From an uncultured Oscillospiraceae bacterium (GTDB taxonomy: Bacteria; Bacillota; Clostridia; Saccharofermentanales; Fastidiosipilaceae), in assembly GCA_964487355.1 (NCBI GenBank), contig CAZAPS010000003.1, forward strand, positions 8,597 to 72,596: DNA of 64,000 nt, written 5' to 3'. This document shows positions 8,108 to 16,733 of this stretch, in pieces (position 1 is the stretch's first letter; each line of letters opens with the position of its first letter). The notes under the pieces were generated by a model. The model did no database searches and was not told where the DNA came from. It worked only from the letters and a program-made list of their open reading frames with translations. The position numbers were made by a program, and so were the translations under genes.

Positions 8108-10414
8108 TTAAGCTTCCTCTTCAGCTTGCTCTTCAGATTCAACTTCAACAACTTCGCTGATCGCTTCATCTTCGGTGGCATCCGCCATCTCAGCGCTCTC
8201 GTCAACTTCGATGTTCTCCTCAACTGCGATGCCCTCTTCAGCCTCGGCGACTTCGTCGGCCTCAACAGTCTCTTCCGTCTCAGAATCAGCTTCCACTTCG
8301 TCCTCAACAGAATCCGCGTCCTCTTGGACCTCGACTTCCTCCACAACGTCTGAAGTCTCATCTGTCGCGTCCACGTCCTCAGTATCGACATAAGACATCG
8401 GTAGATCGTCATCGTCCGTCTGCTCCTCGCTCTCCATCTCAGGATTGATCAAGGTGTCGATCGGAGCGACGTCTTTTATGCTGACGCTGATACGGCGAGT
8501 CTCGTTGGAAACTTCCAACACACGCACATCGACTTCCATTCCCTCAACCAAAACCTCATCCGGTTTGTTCAACCGACGATTGGATATCTGAGAGATGTGG
8601 CACAGTGCGTCAACGCCCTGGTCAATTTCAATAAACGCGCCGAACGGGAACATGCGAACCACGTTGCCGTGCACGATCGAACCCACCGGGAACCGCTCTT
8701 CAATGTTGTTGTACGGATCGTCCTCGATGCGTTTGAAGCCAAGAGAGATCCGCTTTCTGTCCTCGTCAAAGTCTTTGACATATACCTGAATGGTATCGCC
8801 GACTTTCACCACCTCGGACGGGTGCTTGATGCGCTTCCAGGACAACTCGGAAATATGAACCAGTCCGTCCACGCCGCCAATATCGACAAACGCGCCGAAA
8901 TCGGTAAGGTTGCGCACGATGCCATCGTAGATGTCGCCGACCGCGATATTCGCCCAGACGCCCTCAGCTTTCGCTTTGCGCTCATGGTTCAACAGCGCCC
9001 GTCTGGAGCCGGATACACGCAGACGGCGCTTGTCCGGATCAAACTGGGTGACCAGAATATCGAAGCTCTCGCCACGATATGGCTCAAGGTCGTCCACTGT
9101 GCCCATTTCCAACTGGGTCCGATGCACATAAATATCAACACCGCCGTAGGACGCGATCACGCCATCCTTAACTACATTGATAACCTTGACGTTGATGGGC
9201 TCTTTGTCATTGAAAGCTTCCTCAACCAGGTTTCTGTACTTCGCGAAGTCGACTTTCGCCTTGGAAAGAAGGATTTCCTTGCCGTTCTCGGTGCTGCGAA
9301 TGCTGCGCACATAGACGTCAATCTGCGTCTTCTCCTCAATGGCCAAGTCCAAATCAAAATCGGGATTGTTATCAAATTCATGACGAGGAATGCGACCTTC
9401 TGTCTTGTCTCTGACATCGACATAGACATTCTCATCATCGTAGCGGACAATAACACCTTTTACCGTCGCGCCTCTGTGAAGCTGCGGAATGTTGTCAATA
9501 AAATCAGTAAAACTGATATCCCCCATGTCCTGCTGCAAGTCCTGCTCATTCATCGTCTCGTTTTCATCCATTATGTGAAAAACCTCCATGATAATACTTT
9601 CCGGTGAAGACGCACCTGCTGTTATGCCGATCTGCTTACCGGAAAAGTCACGCTCCGCCAGTAACTGATGCAAATCGTCAATACCCTCAATCAGATGGGT
9701 ATCACCGCATTCGCCACGGCAGATATCAAGAAGTTTCACTGTGTTGGAACTATGGTTGCTGCCTATAACCAACATCACATCGGAATGTGATGCGAGTGCT
9801 TCCGCTTCCCTTTGTCTGTTTTCCGTAGCATTACATATTGTATCAAAAAAATGTAATTTTGCAATTGATTTTCGCAATGTCGACAATATCGTCGCAAAGT
9901 TGCTCACCGAGAACGTCGTCTGCGCGACCAGCGTCCAGTCACCTTCACCAGAATCAAACTGTTCCGCCTGCTCCAATGTTTGAATGATTACCGCGGAATT
10001 GTCGCACTCGCCATTGATACCGACAACCTCAGGGTGGCTCGGATCACCTACTATAATGATACGATCTCCTTTTTCGTGAGCTTCTTTGACTATCTTGTGA
10101 ATGTGCTTGACATAGCCACAAGTGCAGTCGATCACCACACAGCCCTTTTCTTTCAGCCGGCGCACTTCTTGCGGCGTGACACCATGCGCGCGGATAATCA
10201 CTTTGGCGCCGTCGGGAATCTGCTCAATGGAGGTCGCCAACCGCGCTCCACGCTCCGCCAGGTCATCCATCACCAGGCGATTGTGAATCAACTCACCATA
10301 CATGTAAATCGGACCACTATCGCCATCTTGTTCTTCCAGCAATTGGTACGCGGTCTGAACCGCATAGTCCACGCCTCTACAAAATCCGGCGGAACGTGCC
10401 ATTTTAACACTCAT
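8108..10414 (-). CDS. ispH: Bifunctional 4-hydroxy-3-methylbut-2-enyl diphosphate reductase (IspH) / ribosomal protein S1-like fusion with acidic tail
   Basis: 768 aa. The N-terminus has the IspH signature (ARSAGFCRGVDYAV). Four S1/OB repeats follow (GATVKGVIV.., INVKVINVVKDGV.., GDIYDGIVRNLTDFGAFVDIGG.., GSIVHGNVVRMFPFGAFIEI..). The last ~130 aa are D/E-rich. The ATGA overlap with plsC suggests translational coupling. Confidence 0.9.
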   Translation of the reverse strand: MSVKMARSAGFCRGVDYAVQTAYQLLEEQDGDSGPIYMYGELIHNRLVMDDLAERGARLATSIEQIPDGAKVIIRAHGVTPQEVRRLKEKGCVVIDCTCGYVKHIHKIVKEAHEKGDRIIIVGDPSHPEVVGINGECDNSAVIIQTLEQAEQFDSGEGDWTLVAQTTFSVSNFATILSTLRKSIAKLHFFDTICNATENRQREAEALASHSDVMLVIGSNHSSNTVKLLDICRGECGDTHLIEGIDDLHQLLAERDFSGKQIGITAGASSPESIIMEVFHIMDENETMNEQDLQQDMGDISFTDFIDNIPQLHRGATVKGVIVRYDDENVYVDVRDKTEGRIPRHEFDNNPDFDLDLAIEEKTQIDVYVRSIRSTENGKEILLSKAKVDFAKYRNLVEEAFNDKEPINVKVINVVKDGVIASYGGVDIYVHRTQLEMGTVDDLEPYRGESFDILVTQFDPDKRRLRVSGSRRALLNHERKAKAEGVWANIAVGDIYDGIVRNLTDFGAFVDIGGVDGLVHISELSWKRIKHPSEVVKVGDTIQVYVKDFDEDRKRISLGFKRIEDDPYNNIEERFPVGSIVHGNVVRMFPFGAFIEIDQGVDALCHISQISNRRLNKPDEVLVEGMEVDVRVLEVSNETRRISVSIKDVAPIDTLINPEMESEEQTDDDDLPMSYVDTEDVDATDETSDVVEEVEVQEDADSVEDEVEADSETEETVEADEVAEAEEGIAVEENIEVDESAEMADATEDEAISEVVEVESEEQAEEEA

Positions 10415-11166
10415 GAGTCAGTCACCTTCGCTCGCTTCTTGTCGGTTTGGGTTTTGAGTTCGGCAAGTTCTTCCATCGAATAGGCGATGCTGGCCGGTGG
10501 TGTGGCGGTCTCGGGATGGTCACCCAGATCATAAATAAATCTCATCAGATCAGCGTTCATCCGCTCTCTCAACTCTTTGGAATTCGTTCCTTTTGGCATC
10601 GGTCTCAGATGCATAGGTTTACCAAAGATCACATCCACCCGGCCAAATAATTTGAACTTGCCTTTGATGCAGACCGGCACCACAGGAGCTTTTAGCTTTG
10701 TCGCAAACAGCATCGTGCCCGAATGGGCGGGGTACTCCTCCCGCCTGGACTCATCTTTGACCCGGGTGCCTTGCGGGAAAATCATAATGTGTTTGTTTCT
10801 ACGCAGCAGGCCAATGATTTCACGCACAGATGACGGGCTGACACCGTTGCGGTCAATCTGCACCGCGCCCCACCAGGGTAAAAAACGTGAGCCGATCCAG
10901 CCATTATATAATTCTTTTTTCGCGACAAAATAAAACCAAGGTTCAACATTCACGCACAAGGCGGGAATGTCCAGCAAACTCTTATGATTGGCGATGACCA
11001 GCGCCGGGCCTTCGATAGGTAAATTTTCTTTATTGATATAGCGAATCCGAAAAAACAAATGTAAAAAAAGATTGATTGATCGCTTGACAAACAGTCGCAT
11101 GCCACGATTCATATTGTCCGGCAGTTCTTTTTTATTCGATCTCGTCGCTTTTTTATCCTTACTCAT
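10411..11166 (-). CDS. plsC: 1-acyl-sn-glycerol-3-phosphate acyltransferase
   Basis: 251 aa with the HX4D acyltransferase motif (NHKSLLD) and an FPQGTR block. Confidence 0.85.
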   Translation of the reverse strand: MSKDKKATRSNKKELPDNMNRGMRLFVKRSINLFLHLFFRIRYINKENLPIEGPALVIANHKSLLDIPALCVNVEPWFYFVAKKELYNGWIGSRFLPWWGAVQIDRNGVSPSSVREIIGLLRRNKHIMIFPQGTRVKDESRREEYPAHSGTMLFATKLKAPVVPVCIKGKFKLFGRVDVIFGKPMHLRPMPKGTNSKELRERMNADLMRFIYDLGDHPETATPPASIAYSMEELAELKTQTDKKRAKVTDS

Positions 11167-11851
11167 GGCGCCCCGTTCCCTCGGTCAATTTTGATACCAA
11201 ATCCAATACCGCGTTCACTGTTTCCTCCACGTCCATTTCGGTCGTGTCCAAACGAACCGCGTCCTCCGCGCAGATCAGAGGGGCGAAAGAACGGTTGGTG
11301 TCTTGATGATCTCGATAGTTCAGATCCGCCAACACGCTTTCGTAGTTGGCGTCCTCACCTCTTTCCCTCAGTTCGGCATGGCGTCTGGCGGCTCGTTCAT
11401 CGACGCTGGCGGTGAGGAAGATTTTCACATTCGCGTCCGGCAACACATAAGATCCGATGTCTCTTCCGTCCATCACGACACTGCGATTGGACGCGATGTC
11501 GCGCTGTGTTTTCACCAGCATCAGTCGACAGGCGGAAACCGCGGAGATATCGGATGCCCAAACCGAGATTTCCGGTGTGCGAATCAACTCTGTCACATCC
11601 TCATCATCCAAAAAAACATGTTGTTCATCATCGACAAAACGCACATCGACTTTGGTTTGCCTCAACATCTCCTCGATACCGGGCACATCGTTTTTCTTCA
11701 GCCCCAACCGACTCGCCTTGAGTCCGCAGGCACGGTACATCGCGCCGGTATCCAAGTAGAGTATGTTCAATTTGTCAGCGACCCGCCTGGCCACAGTGCT
11801 TTTTCCCGCCCCTCCGGGGCCATCGATCGCGATGGCAATAATGTGTTTCAT
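11159..11851 (-). CDS. cmk: Cytidylate kinase
   Basis: 230 aa with P-loop IAIDGPGGAGKST and typical Cmk collinearity. Confidence 0.9.
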   Translation of the reverse strand: MKHIIAIAIDGPGGAGKSTVARRVADKLNILYLDTGAMYRACGLKASRLGLKKNDVPGIEEMLRQTKVDVRFVDDEQHVFLDDEDVTELIRTPEISVWASDISAVSACRLMLVKTQRDIASNRSVVMDGRDIGSYVLPDANVKIFLTASVDERAARRHAELRERGEDANYESVLADLNYRDHQDTNRSFAPLICAEDAVRLDTTEMDVEETVNAVLDLVSKLTEGTGRHE

Positions 11852-11940
11852 AGAGTCTTCTCCGTCCGTTGTTCTGTGTGATCATTCAGCCGATGGTCCT
11901 ATTATTTGGTTTTATTCCTTGATAATCGTCATTTAAACAC

Positions 11941-12387
11941 TTAAATCACGCGATGCCCCAAGCCGATGGCGACTTCGTCCAAATGCAGCAGTCCAACCGC
12001 GAAAAACGCGCAGACACAGACATGGTCCTCATATCTGGCAATACCGATTTTTCCACCGATGCTCAGGCCCGCCGCCTTGCTCATCAACTGTGTGGCCGCC
12101 TCATGAGCCGCTCCGGCAATCGCTCCTTCTTCCGCGTGAGTCAATGAAATCACTCCCTCACGGCGAGCAGCGACGACCGCCCGCTCAATGATCGTCGCGA
12201 CAGATTCCAGGTATTCTCCACCAAAATCAGCCGCCGCTCCTCTCGTTCCACCTTGTTTGAACGCTTCGATCAACGACCGCTCCTCCTCGCGGTCGGCGCT
12301 GATCGCCAACCGCACCGCGGCCGCCGCCACCTGCTTACTGGTATTTGATTTCTCAGAAGGATATGTGTTGTTTCGCATCGTCGACAT
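11941..12387 (-). CDS. HutP-family protein (putative RNA-binding anti-terminator-like)
   Basis: 148 aa, the same length as B. subtilis HutP. The C-terminal ...VAIGLGHRVI matches HutP ...TFGVGINHI and the central segment is collinear. It overlaps the rpiR 3' end by 35 nt. Confidence 0.55.
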   Translation of the reverse strand: MSTMRNNTYPSEKSNTSKQVAAAAVRLAISADREEERSLIEAFKQGGTRGAAADFGGEYLESVATIIERAVVAARREGVISLTHAEEGAIAGAAHEAATQLMSKAAGLSIGGKIGIARYEDHVCVCAFFAVGLLHLDEVAIGLGHRVI

Positions 12388-13309
12388 CCGTCACCTCTTC
12401 TTCCTTCATGTTATTTTCCATTGATGGAGCATTCTGCGTGGAATCCTCCTCAAATCGTTTTTCATAAACAGCGTACTCATCCCAAATCATCTCCAATTTC
12501 TCCAAATGTTTGGTCAGGTTGTCTTCGCGCCGCATGGCGACCGCCGCGATCAGCGCGGTAATCGTGCTGAACGGAACGACCAATGAATCGACAAACGCGA
12601 TCATGTCGCTTGGCGCGACCAGCAGACAGTCGGCATGTTGGGTAAAAGGCGTGTCCTTCTTGTCAGTCAGCACAATCGTCTGTCCACCCGCAGCCCGCGC
12701 GTAAGCCAGGGCGTTCACAATGCGGGACGAATAGCGTGGAAAGCTCATCACCACCAACACATCGCCTTCTTCTATGGAGATCATCTGTTCCAGTATCTCG
12801 CTGCTGTTGCTCGATTCAATTAAATGTACCGAAGAAAAAATTTGATTTAAATAAAAATACATAAATGAGGCAAGAGAGGCCGAAGAGCGCACACCTAAAA
12901 TATATATGGTGTTGGCCGATAACATCATATCCACAGCCTGGTTGAATGATCGAACATCTCTTGTCTCCGCGACCTTGCGCAATCGTTCGGCGTCCATCAA
13001 CAGTGCCGAGCTGTACAGACACTCCGCCGATTCGCGAAGATGGGACGACGCCTTCATCCGTTGAGCGGCAGTCAAATCTTCTTTGAGATCCTCCCGCAAC
13101 ATTTTTTGAAATTCAGGGAAGCCCGAATAACCCAATTCCATCGCGAACCGAACCACGGTCGACTCACTGACCTGACTTGCCCGCCCCAACCTCGCAGCGG
13201 TCATGTAGGCGGCCTCTTCATAATGACCCAAAATAAAGTCCGCGATTGACTTTTGCCCCTTGCTCATGTGGCCGTAACAATCGCGAATTTTTTGTAAAAC
13301 ACCATTCAT
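12353..13309 (-). CDS. MurR/RpiR-family transcription regulator (HTH + SIS domain)
   Basis: 318 aa. It has an N-terminal HTH_6-like segment (KSIADFIL...AARLGRASQVSESTVVRF) and a SIS-like segment (IYILGVRSSASLA). Confidence 0.8.
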   Translation of the reverse strand: MNGVLQKIRDCYGHMSKGQKSIADFILGHYEEAAYMTAARLGRASQVSESTVVRFAMELGYSGFPEFQKMLREDLKEDLTAAQRMKASSHLRESAECLYSSALLMDAERLRKVAETRDVRSFNQAVDMMLSANTIYILGVRSSASLASFMYFYLNQIFSSVHLIESSNSSEILEQMISIEEGDVLVVMSFPRYSSRIVNALAYARAAGGQTIVLTDKKDTPFTQHADCLLVAPSDMIAFVDSLVVPFSTITALIAAVAMRREDNLTKHLEKLEMIWDEYAVYEKRFEEDSTQNAPSMENNMKEEEVTDVDDAKQHISF

Positions 13310-13918
13310 CTATTCATCGTTCTCCCGCAGCGCCTGTTCAAAATCTTGCAAAGTTCCGTACATCATCATCTCCATCGGAGGCAGCTCACCAACCGATGTC
13401 AGGCCCATTTCCAGCAAAAATCGATCGGTCGTGCCGAATAAAGATGGGCGCCCCGGCGCATCTAAATTCCCCACAAGTTCGATCAGGCCACGTTCCACCA
13501 ACCGGCCGATCACATTGTCGGAATTGACTCCGCGCACAGCCTCGATCTGCGCGCGGGTGACCGGCTGATTGTAGGCGATCACAGCGAGGGCCTCATAGGC
13601 GGCCTTTGAAAGTTTGGGGGCATGACGGGGTTCAAAAAGAGGCAACAAGGCTTCTTTCAGCTCCGCTTTGGTCGTTAGGCAGTAGCGGTCATTCAACCGC
13701 CGCAGATTCAGTCCGGATGCCGGATCGGTCTGCAATTTAAGCTCCAACTGTTCCAGAGCGGCAAGTTGTTCGCCTTCGCCAAACTTCGTGATGTCTCTTA
13801 GACGTGTCAGCGAAATCGGATCCCCCGCCGCGAACAACACCGCCTCGGTCACCGCGACCGAGAATTCCATATTCTTTTTTTCGGATTCCACCAAATCAGT
13901 CAAATTGTTCGTCTCCAT
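13310..13918 (-). CDS. scpB: Segregation and condensation protein B
   Basis: 202 aa. EAVLFAAGDPISL and AYNQPVTRAQIEAVRGV are typical of ScpB. Confidence 0.9.
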   Translation of the reverse strand: METNNLTDLVESEKKNMEFSVAVTEAVLFAAGDPISLTRLRDITKFGEGEQLAALEQLELKLQTDPASGLNLRRLNDRYCLTTKAELKEALLPLFEPRHAPKLSKAAYEALAVIAYNQPVTRAQIEAVRGVNSDNVIGRLVERGLIELVGNLDAPGRPSLFGTTDRFLLEMGLTSVGELPPMEMMMYGTLQDFEQALRENDE

Positions 13919-13921
13919 TGA

Positions 13922-14842
13922 TCAATTATAGTCTCCCGCGCTTTTATTCAGCAAATCAGGTGGCAGCGCGGCGTCATCGAAGCGATCGGTGTGTTCATCC
14001 AACTCCATTTCAATCGGATCAAACGGCTGTGCCTGAGTCGCTCTCACCTTACCTCGACGAACCAGTTCCAACAAAGCCAGAAAGCCGGTCACGCGTTCCG
14101 CCCTGCTGCTCTCACCGCCAAACAGTTCATCAAACCAGACCTTCGTCCGTTTGCGCACCGCCCGCCATATATAACGGATTTTTTCCGGCAGGCTTACTTT
14201 TTCGCGTCGCAACAGGTGTGAAACTTTCTCGGACAAGTCTTCGTACCGTTCTGAATTTCGCAATTCGACAGTGGACAGCGCCCGCCAAAACAGATCCGGC
14301 TCAAAGGAATCCGCGAACGGCTGTTGTCGTACCCGCAGACCGAGTGTGCGCGGAGTCTCGGGCAGTTTCAGCAACGAATAAGAATGGTGGTCCTGTCGGT
14401 CAGACAGTTCGGCGGCGATCAACTTGCAACGGCGGTATTCGATCAGTTGCAACACCAGCTCCTCGCGCGGATCCGGCTCATCGTCCCGGCCGAATACCGG
14501 GCTGTCCGGCAGCAGGGTTTTTGATTTGATATGTAACAAAGTGGCTGCCATCACCAGAAAGTCACTGGCGAGGTCCATGTCCAACTCACTCATATCTCTC
14601 AAATGGTCCAGGTATTGCCCTGTGATCTCCGCGATGGGAATGTCGAGGATGCTGAAACGATTGCGATCGATCAAATCGCTGAGCAGGTCCATCGGACTGT
14701 CATAATCCGCTACGCGCAAACGGACACCGCCGGGCAGCTCGCCGGCAATGTCCGTTTGTTCATCCTGTTGATCAGGATTCACCATCGACAGTTGGGTGGC
14801 GGCTATTTCATTTTTATCGAAATCATTTCGCCTCATCGTCAT
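13922..14842 (-). CDS. scpA: Segregation and condensation protein A
   Basis: 306 aa. It has a ScpA N-terminal block (YDSPMDLLSDLIDRNRFSILDIPIAEITGQYL) and sits directly upstream of scpB. Confidence 0.85.
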   Translation of the reverse strand: MTMRRNDFDKNEIAATQLSMVNPDQQDEQTDIAGELPGGVRLRVADYDSPMDLLSDLIDRNRFSILDIPIAEITGQYLDHLRDMSELDMDLASDFLVMAATLLHIKSKTLLPDSPVFGRDDEPDPREELVLQLIEYRRCKLIAAELSDRQDHHSYSLLKLPETPRTLGLRVRQQPFADSFEPDLFWRALSTVELRNSERYEDLSEKVSHLLRREKVSLPEKIRYIWRAVRKRTKVWFDELFGGESSRAERVTGFLALLELVRRGKVRATQAQPFDPIEMELDEHTDRFDDAALPPDLLNKSAGDYN

Positions 14843-14854
14843 TTGTCCGCTTCA

Positions 14855-15853
14855 TCAGGAAAATTTGATTTTCATCGCTTGCCTAACTTCTTCCATGGTC
14901 GCGTCCGCGATGAGCGCGGCCTTGCGAGCGCCTTCAACCAGATAATCCTTCAGTTGAGTCCGATTATTTTTTAATAGTTCAGTTCGTTTTTCATGAATCG
15001 GTGTGTGGAACGCCTCTATTTTGACCTGCAGTTCTTTTTTACAGGCGACACATCCGATCTCTCCCGCCCGGCAGGCGCGGCCAATCTCAGCATGTCTATC
15101 CTTGTCATTGAACAACTCATGATAGGCGTACACCGTGCAGATTTCAGGATGGCCCGGATCGTCCTTGCGGATACGAGCGGGGTCGGTCTTCATGCTCATC
15201 ACTTTTTTCTTAACCACATCCGGTTCATCGGCGAACGCGATGGTGTTGCCATAACTTTTAGACATCTTTCTGCCGTCTGTTCCCGGTAATACTTTCGCCT
15301 TTGTCAACAGCGCCTGAGGTTCGACAAAAATATCAGTTTGATATAAATGGTGAAAACGGCGCACGATCTCTCTTGCAAGTTCCAAATGAGGCAGTTGATC
15401 CTCACCGACCGGCACAAAATCACATTTGTATAAAGCAATATCCGATGTCATTAAACAAGGGTAACCTAAAAAACCATAGGTCGTGATGTCGCGATCGCTC
15501 AGCTGCTCAAGTTGAGCTTTATAGGTGGGACAGCGTTCCAGCCATGAAAGCGGAGTGATCATGCTGAGGATCAGGTGCAATTCTGAATGGGCGGGCACAA
15601 GTGATTGTAAAAACACATTGCACTTTTCAAGATCCAGACCGACAGCCAACAAATCCGCCATCAAATGATAGATGTTCTCATTCAAGTCGGCGGTGTCCGC
15701 GTATCCTGTCGTCAGCGCGTGCCAGTCCGCGACAAAATAATTGCAGTCATATTCATCTTGTAATTTGACCCAGTTCGCCAGCGCGCCAAAATAATTACCG
15801 ATATGGATGTCTCCGGTCGGGCGAATACCCGACACGACTTTTTTTCTCTCCAT
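14855..15853 (-). CDS. trpS: Tryptophan--tRNA ligase
   Basis: Class I motifs are present (GDIHIGNYFGA, KMSKS). I chose the ATG at 15853 (MERKKVVSGIRPTG) because AGGAGAA lies 6 nt upstream. The track ORF extends to 15886. Confidence 0.9.
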   Translation of the reverse strand: MERKKVVSGIRPTGDIHIGNYFGALANWVKLQDEYDCNYFVADWHALTTGYADTADLNENIYHLMADLLAVGLDLEKCNVFLQSLVPAHSELHLILSMITPLSWLERCPTYKAQLEQLSDRDITTYGFLGYPCLMTSDIALYKCDFVPVGEDQLPHLELAREIVRRFHHLYQTDIFVEPQALLTKAKVLPGTDGRKMSKSYGNTIAFADEPDVVKKKVMSMKTDPARIRKDDPGHPEICTVYAYHELFNDKDRHAEIGRACRAGEIGCVACKKELQVKIEAFHTPIHEKRTELLKNNRTQLKDYLVEGARKAALIADATMEEVRQAMKIKFS

Positions 15854-15947
15854 AGTGTTCTCCTGTTTTCTATTAAACGTCATCAACGTCTGTTATGATC
15901 ATTGAACAGCCGACTATTCTCGGCAGCCTATTTTAATTCTCAGGTCG

Positions 15948-16688
15948 TCAAAAAAGAGAGACAGCCCACGCCGCAAGAGCGTCCAACGGCTTCGTGATCA
16001 CCCAGCGGATGGGAAAACTGATCAGGTTCAGCGCCGCGGACAACCACTGCGGACGTAAAATAATCAGCAATATGAACGCGATACCAATGGTTCTTTCGTA
16101 CCTCATCACCGTGTAATAGGCTTTGTCCGGCAAAATCATGCCCAGCACTCTCGAGCCATCGAGCGGCGGCACCGGCAATAAGTTAAAAATCGCCAGAAAA
16201 ACATTCGTGATATACAGCGTGGCGAATAATTGCAGTAAAATCATCACGATCTGCATGCCGACACCATTGACCGCCAGCCGATTGACATACACGACCACCG
16301 ACATGACACTGTATAAAAAATACGAGATTATCGCCAGCACGATATTCGAAGAGGGACCGGCGATCGCGGTCAACATCATCCCCTTTTTCACCGTCACGCC
16401 TCTATCAAATCTGGCGGGGTTGACCGGCACCGGTTTTGCCCAGGCGACCGGCGCGCCGGCCAGAATCAGCAATCCGCCAATCGGATCAAAATGAACCAGG
16501 GGGTTGAGCGTCAGCCGTCCTTGTGATTTGGCGGTGTCGTCACCCAGGCGGTAGGCCATTCTCGCATGCGAGTATTCGTGAATTGAAATTGACAATAGCA
16601 ACACAAACACACGGATCAGCCAGGCGGTCCAGTCGAACGACCCACCTCCCAACAAATTCATTATGCTGGCGCCAACAGCGATTTTCAT
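15948..16688 (-). CDS. Site-2 protease family (M50) membrane metalloprotease
   Basis: 246 aa and polytopic, with an HEYSHA (HExxH) motif. SD GGAGGAG lies upstream. Confidence 0.8.
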   Translation of the reverse strand: MKIAVGASIMNLLGGGSFDWTAWLIRVFVLLLSISIHEYSHARMAYRLGDDTAKSQGRLTLNPLVHFDPIGGLLILAGAPVAWAKPVPVNPARFDRGVTVKKGMMLTAIAGPSSNIVLAIISYFLYSVMSVVVYVNRLAVNGVGMQIVMILLQLFATLYITNVFLAIFNLLPVPPLDGSRVLGMILPDKAYYTVMRYERTIGIAFILLIILRPQWLSAALNLISFPIRWVITKPLDALAAWAVSLF

Positions 16689-16733
16689 ACCAAAACTCCT
16701 CCATCGATGAGTTTATTCTGTGCTTTACGTATA

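Noticed and set aside
8062-8412. Lys/Arg-rich (minus) and Ser/Thr-rich (plus, 8175-8393) ORFs overlapping the end of ispH/rpsA
   Set aside because: They are frame artefacts of the GA/GAA-rich low-complexity DNA that encodes the acidic tail.
8597-9607. 336-aa plus-strand ORF antisense to the S1 part of ispH/rpsA
   Set aside because: It is a shadow ORF inside a well-supported gene. It has no SD, its composition is dominated by the reverse-codon bias of the real gene, and it resembles no family.
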